A stretch of 64,000 nt of DNA, from positions 1,088,001 through 1,152,000 of the forward strand of contig OZ243956.1 of the NCBI GenBank assembly GCA_965214405.1, in the 5' to 3' direction. The stretch comes from Trueperaceae bacterium (lineage in GTDB: Bacteria; Deinococcota; Deinococci; Deinococcales; Trueperaceae). The position numbers were made by a program, and so were the translations under genes. The notes under the pieces were generated by a model. The model saw only the letters and a list, made by a program, of their open reading frames with translations, searched no databases and was not told the DNA's origin. This document shows, in pieces, positions 59,574 through 64,000 of the stretch (position 1 is the stretch's first letter; every line of letters begins with the position of its first letter).

Positions 59574-61487
59574 GTGATTTTTTTACTCGTTGTGCTGTTC
59601 TTAAATTTTGCGGTAGCTCAGGAGAACGCCCAAACCGACGCGCAAACTGCAGCCCAGGCGACCGCCATGACCGACGCGGCGCTGGCGCTCGTGCAGCTAA
59701 GCTCCTTTGTGGACGCCAACGTCACCTTCTGCGCCCAGCACGCGCCGCAGGCGGGTGTGAGCGAGGCGGCGGCGAGCTGGTACAGCTCGAGCGGCTTAAC
59801 GGTTTTAGATGAAATTCAGCGCGCCTCGCCGGACGCCGCGGCGCTGTTTGTAGAGATGGAAAATACGCTCACGCAGGCGGTGTTGGGAGATTTGCAAGCC
59901 AAGGCGACCGGGCGCGAGGCCGAGTGGTGCGAGAGCGTCCCGGCCCTCCTGCAGAGCCCCGAGTGGGACGTGGGGGCAACCTACGCGGGCGAACTCGGTT
60001 TACTGCGCGACCTCTTTATGGTCGTCACGGGCGACGCGCCGCCGTCCCCGCTCCCCCAAGCGCAGGCCCTAGCGCCCGTAGCGAGCCCGAGCTATCAAGA
60101 AGTTATCGCCTCCGGCATCAACCCCGAAAACCAGTTTATCCGGGACGAGTTTCGCTGCTATGACGAGAGCGGCGCGGACTATAGCCGCCCGCACCTGCTC
60201 GTACAGATTACCGGGCCGGGGCAGTACCTCAGTTCGTACGGCGGCGGGACGTTCTCTCTGGAGGATGACGACTACTCACCCGATATCGAATGGCTGAGCG
60301 GCCCCCTAACGGGCGCAAACAGTTCGCTCTATTTTGACGACGTCGGACAGCATTTTTACCTGAGCAACGTCGAGCTGGGTAACGACGACTATGACTACGA
60401 GTGCTATCAGCAAGGCCCGAGCGAGCGGCGCGCGCTGGTCGAGTTTCGCCTCAAAGAGCCGCAGCCGGGCGTTTACGAGTGCCGCGACGCCGCGACGGGC
60501 GAGGTGCAGGCGTTAGAGCTCTCTGCGGGAAGCTACCGCATCGGGGGCGCGAGCGGGACCTACGGAGTGACCGAGGTGCTGAGCGACGATGACACCTCGC
60601 GTATCGAGTGGCTTACCGGACCCTTTGCCGATGAAGTTTCGCACTATTCCGAAGAGGCGGGCAACGGCTTTCGTGATTTTAGCATCAGCTTGTCGAACGG
60701 CGAGGCGTATCCGGGCTTTGTCTACAGCTCGAGCGAACTCGCGCTGACCTGCGAAGGCGTCGGCGAGCCCGTCAACGTTGAACCCTACGGCGAGGAGGCC
60801 GCGCCCCCGCCGCCAGGGACGGAGATCGGCCTCGAGGGTTTTTACTACCTCATGGAGTACAAACTTAGGGGCGACGTGGGCGGCATGGCACCCACCTTCT
60901 ACCGCTTTTTCCCGGACGGCTACGTGTTTATAGGCACGCCCGAGGGCGACCCGAACGAGATCGATTGCGGCCGCACCAAGCCCAACGGCGCGCCCCTCTG
61001 CGCGACCTACCGCGCAAGAGGCAACTTTATTACCGTCGCTGACGAGGGCGAGGTGGACACGCTCCCTTTCGCACTAGACGGCACCGTCCCCGCTATCGAC
61101 GGCGTGACGATGAGCCCGGTTTTGCCGAGCCCGGTGAATAGCCTGAGCGGCGTTTACTGGTACAACTACTTTTCGAGTTCGGGCTTCTGCGGCGCGTTCT
61201 CGACCTGCTCGAGCACCTACTACGAGTCCAACCTCGATTTGCGCCCCGACAACACCTTCACCCACTTTACGGACTCGCAGAATCTCCACTCGTCCGACAC
61301 CGCGCTCGGGAGCACCTCGGTTTCCGCCTACGGCAACGACGCCGACTCGGGCACCTACACGGTCCAGGGCAACGTCATTGAGTTTCGTTACAACAACGGC
61401 CGGGTCGACAAGAACTTTTTTTACCTTATCGACCCCGAATATTTTATGATTGGCGAGCAGGAGTACACGCTCAAGGACAGCGAGTGA
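59574..61487 (+). CDS. Large secreted acidic hypothetical protein
   Basis: Signal peptide, paired Cys, repeated GTY/GTF..IEWL(S/T)GP modules. Confidence 0.78.
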   Translation: MIFLLVVLFLNFAVAQENAQTDAQTAAQATAMTDAALALVQLSSFVDANVTFCAQHAPQAGVSEAAASWYSSSGLTVLDEIQRASPDAAALFVEMENTLTQAVLGDLQAKATGREAEWCESVPALLQSPEWDVGATYAGELGLLRDLFMVVTGDAPPSPLPQAQALAPVASPSYQEVIASGINPENQFIRDEFRCYDESGADYSRPHLLVQITGPGQYLSSYGGGTFSLEDDDYSPDIEWLSGPLTGANSSLYFDDVGQHFYLSNVELGNDDYDYECYQQGPSERRALVEFRLKEPQPGVYECRDAATGEVQALELSAGSYRIGGASGTYGVTEVLSDDDTSRIEWLTGPFADEVSHYSEEAGNGFRDFSISLSNGEAYPGFVYSSSELALTCEGVGEPVNVEPYGEEAAPPPPGTEIGLEGFYYLMEYKLRGDVGGMAPTFYRFFPDGYVFIGTPEGDPNEIDCGRTKPNGAPLCATYRARGNFITVADEGEVDTLPFALDGTVPAIDGVTMSPVLPSPVNSLSGVYWYNYFSSSGFCGAFSTCSSTYYESNLDLRPDNTFTHFTDSQNLHSSDTALGSTSVSAYGNDADSGTYTVQGNVIEFRYNNGRVDKNFFYLIDPEYFMIGEQEYTLKDSE

Positions 61488-61584
61488 CGCGCGCCTGCCT
61501 ACTTGCGTTTGACGCTGTGCTCATCATCGAGTTTCCACGGCGGCGGACGGTGCGGGCACCCGCAAGGCAAAAAGGGAGAACGAT

Positions 61585-62211
61585 ATAAAACTTAAAGAGC
61601 TCGCAGCAACGCTTTTGGCGCTGGCTCTCTTCAGCGGTGCGCTGGCCCAAAGCGAACCGCCGCCCGCCGATCAGACGGACCGAGAGACCTTTGAAGATGT
61701 CATAGAGCACCACGGCGTTCGCGGCGCACCGGGCGAGGCCGACGTGGACGAGGGACGGTTTGGTGTCATGCTTATGCGCTACGCCCGGCTTCTTTTCGAG
61801 GCGGGCAGCAAGGACGAGGCGGTGTTCTGGCACTATGCCGGACAGTTGCGCTACCGCCTCTACGCGGCCCAGGCCCCCAAACGCGGCGGCGAGTTCTTCG
61901 GCGACTTTCCAAGGCTTTGGGAAGAATTCGAGGACTTGATGGCGCGCGGCGAAGCCATCAACGTCTACGCCTACTGCGACGTGTCCAAGTACGCCGCCAC
62001 GATAGACGAGGTGCTCTCTTGGCACGAGACCACCCCCTACGTCGGCGCGGCGCCGACCGACGACACGGTCACCCCGGCTGAATTTGCGGAGGCCGAAGCG
62101 CAGGTGGTCGCGGGGCTGCGCGGTCTGCGCGAGTACGCGCTCGAGAACGCCGACACCATCAAAACAGAGCGCGCGGCGAACGGGATTGACGACAGCGTGG
62201 TGTGCAAGTAA
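61585..62211 (+). CDS. Secreted hypothetical protein (apparent ATA start)
   Basis: Frame is open from ATA 61585 behind GGGAG, giving xKLKELAATLLALALFSGALA|Q; DEAVFWHYAGQLRYR core. Confidence 0.65.
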   Translation: MKLKELAATLLALALFSGALAQSEPPPADQTDRETFEDVIEHHGVRGAPGEADVDEGRFGVMLMRYARLLFEAGSKDEAVFWHYAGQLRYRLYAAQAPKRGGEFFGDFPRLWEEFEDLMARGEAINVYAYCDVSKYAATIDEVLSWHETTPYVGAAPTDDTVTPAEFAEAEAQVVAGLRGLREYALENADTIKTERAANGIDDSVVCK

Positions 62212-62242
62212 CAGGTGTGCAAGTAACAGGTGTGCAAATAAC
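62199..62242. repeat. 15-bp tandem repeat x3 spanning a stop codon
   Basis: GGTGTGCAAGTAACA twice, then GGTGTGCAAATAAC. Confidence 0.85.
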
Positions 62243-62299
62243 TTCAAGCTCTCAGCCGTCCTCTTTCACGGCTAACCGCGTTGCTCAAAGCTTTAAGCT

Positions 62300-62767
62300 T
62301 CAACCACAGCTTACACGACTCTCCGCCTGATAGGCTTGGTAAGCTCTAAACGCCTCCAGCACAAACCGACATAGGGGCGAGAGCGACAGCGTCTTTAACG
62401 CCGTCAAAGGCTCAAAAAAGCCAAAGTCTTGCCCCTCGCTGAGCTCGAGCGTTTCCAACGGCTCATCAATCGGCACCAGGTAAATGTAAAAGGTCGTGCC
62501 CGGTTGCCGCGCGATGGTCCACAGGTCAAACGTCACAGGAATGAAGCCGATTTCCTCCTCTAACTCACGGACGAGCGCCTCAGAAACTCCCTCACCCGCT
62601 TCCTTGTGACCGCCGAAGAGCGACCACACGTTGGGATGCACGATGTCCGGTTTGTCGTCGCGGTGCTGCAAGAGCACCTCGCCCTGCGGGTTGTAGAGGA
62701 GCGCCGAGGCGATGAGCACGGTTTCTTCAAACGTTTCTTTCGCAGGTACATCTGTAAGTCGGGTCAT
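62300..62767 (-). CDS. NUDIX hydrolase
   Basis: GGHKEAGEGVSEALVRELEEEIG Nudix box. Confidence 0.92.
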   Translation of the reverse strand: MTRLTDVPAKETFEETVLIASALLYNPQGEVLLQHRDDKPDIVHPNVWSLFGGHKEAGEGVSEALVRELEEEIGFIPVTFDLWTIARQPGTTFYIYLVPIDEPLETLELSEGQDFGFFEPLTALKTLSLSPLCRFVLEAFRAYQAYQAESRVSCG

Positions 62768-63748
62768 TCACACCCTCCGCAAACGGTCGATGCGTTCGTC
62801 CAAAGGCGGGTGCGTTGCGAAAAGTCCTTTGGCGTTAAAATGTTTTACCGGGTTGGCAAAAAACATGTGCTGCACGCCTTCGGAGACCTCGAGCCTGTCT
62901 CCCTTATAATCTCTAAGTTTTTCCAAAGCCCGCGCCAGCCCCTCCGGGTTGCGGGTGATGTACGCGCCCGTGGCGTCGGCCAGAAATTCGCGGCGGCGAC
63001 TCACCGCGAAGCGCAGCAGCGTCGCCAGGACGGGCGCGAGGACGAGGAGCACGACGAGCAGCACCATTGCGACGGCCTGCCCACCCCCCGAGCCGCCGCC
63101 TCTACGGTCGCGCCGCCTCCCGCCCCCAAAGCCTCCCCCAAAACCCCCGTAGCGCGTAGAACGCAGCACGAGGTCGCGGATTAAAAGAATCGCGCCCACG
63201 GTCGCGGCGAGCATTGAGGTGAACAAAATGTCATAGTTTTTGATGTGCGACATCTCGTGCGCGATGACGCCCTCGAGCTCCTGCCGGTCTAGCAGCTCCA
63301 ACAGCCCCGTCGTCACCGCCACCGCGCTGTGTTCGGGATTGCGACCCGTGGCAAAGGCGTTGGGGGCCGCCGAGTCGATCACGTACACCTCGGGCGCGGG
63401 CACCCCCGCGCCGATCGCCACCGCCTCGGTTACGTTGATGAGGTAGCGGTGCTCTTCGGGCGTCGCGGGCCGCGCGCGGGCGGCGCGGAGGGCCATCTGG
63501 TCCGAAAACCAGTAAGCCACCATATTTTGCGTCAGAGCGAGCCCCACGGCGATGACGATAAAGAGCACCGCCGCCTGACGGTCCACCGCGAGCGCCAAGA
63601 GGTACGCGATGGCCGCGAGGAGCACCACGACGAAAAGCGCCAGGAGCCACGAGAGGCGGATGTTGGCCGCTTTCCAGTCGAGCAGGTTGATTTTGCGCCC
63701 CGTCGCGGGGTCGGTGATTTCGTTGGGAAGCGTGGAGGTGGTTTGCAC
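62768..63748 (-). CDS. htpX: M48 zinc metalloprotease, HtpX-like
   Basis: PNAFATG, IAHEMSH (HEXXH), SRRREFLAD, THPP. Confidence 0.9.
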   Translation of the reverse strand: MQTTSTLPNEITDPATGRKINLLDWKAANIRLSWLLALFVVVLLAAIAYLLALAVDRQAAVLFIVIAVGLALTQNMVAYWFSDQMALRAARARPATPEEHRYLINVTEAVAIGAGVPAPEVYVIDSAAPNAFATGRNPEHSAVAVTTGLLELLDRQELEGVIAHEMSHIKNYDILFTSMLAATVGAILLIRDLVLRSTRYGGFGGGFGGGRRRDRRGGGSGGGQAVAMVLLVVLLVLAPVLATLLRFAVSRRREFLADATGAYITRNPEGLARALEKLRDYKGDRLEVSEGVQHMFFANPVKHFNAKGLFATHPPLDERIDRLRRV

Positions 63749-63756
63749 GGACGGCT

Positions 63757-64000
63757 TCAGGAACCGCTAAAAGAGACTTGCGGGGCCTGACGTTCGGTCT
63801 CGGGAATCTCTAAATAAACCTGCTCCTGCTTGCCCATCGGCCCGGCGAGCAGAGAGCCCGGCAAGGTCTCGATGGCGTTGTTGTATTGCAAGACCGAGTC
63901 ATTGTAAAACTGCCGCGCGTAAGCGATTTTGTTCTCGACCGAAGAAAGTTCTTCTTGCAGCACGCGGAAATTCTCATTCGCCTTGAGCTGGGGATAATTT
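63757..64000 (-). CDS. lemA: LemA-family protein, C-terminal part
   Basis: NYPQLKANENFRVLQEELSSVENKIAYARQFYND; upstream of htpX. Confidence 0.9.
   Translation of the reverse strand, partial: NYPQLKANENFRVLQEELSSVENKIAYARQFYNDSVLQYNNAIETLPGSLLAGPMGKQEQVYLEIPETERQAPQVSFSGS

Overview
GC-rich bacterial chromosome, most likely Deinococcota (Truepera-like); this is inferred from gene content and an apparent excess of CTCGAG. The first ~29 kb is an accessory, defence-rich region. Positions 1-8.1 kb hold a type I R-M locus (hsdR-hsdS-prrC-hsdM) in which hsdS is split by two different IS elements while the PrrC anticodon nuclease looks intact. Positions 8.7-21.2 kb are an integrative island bounded by two 45-bp copies of the 3' half of tRNA-Arg(ACG). 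The island carries a tyrosine integrase with one in-frame stop, a decayed AbiEi-like antitoxin, and a translationally coupled four-gene operon. That operon encodes a ~1700-aa DEDDh exonuclease-DinG-RecQ triple fusion, two coiled-coil proteins (one split by IS5) and an 879-aa unknown protein, and is the best candidate for an undescribed, probably anti-phage, system. Positions 21.3-29.5 kb hold IS200, a P-loop kinase, a protease lipoprotein, a STAND regulator and gene remnants. The rest (29.6-64 kb) is ordinary housekeeping and metabolic DNA (menG, dusB, DEAD-box helicase, GGDEF-EAL, GSIII, sugar ABC transporter, htpX-lemA) with one more IS5. No CRISPR array, rRNA or complete tRNA was seen. All calls come from reading motifs by eye; no database searches were run.
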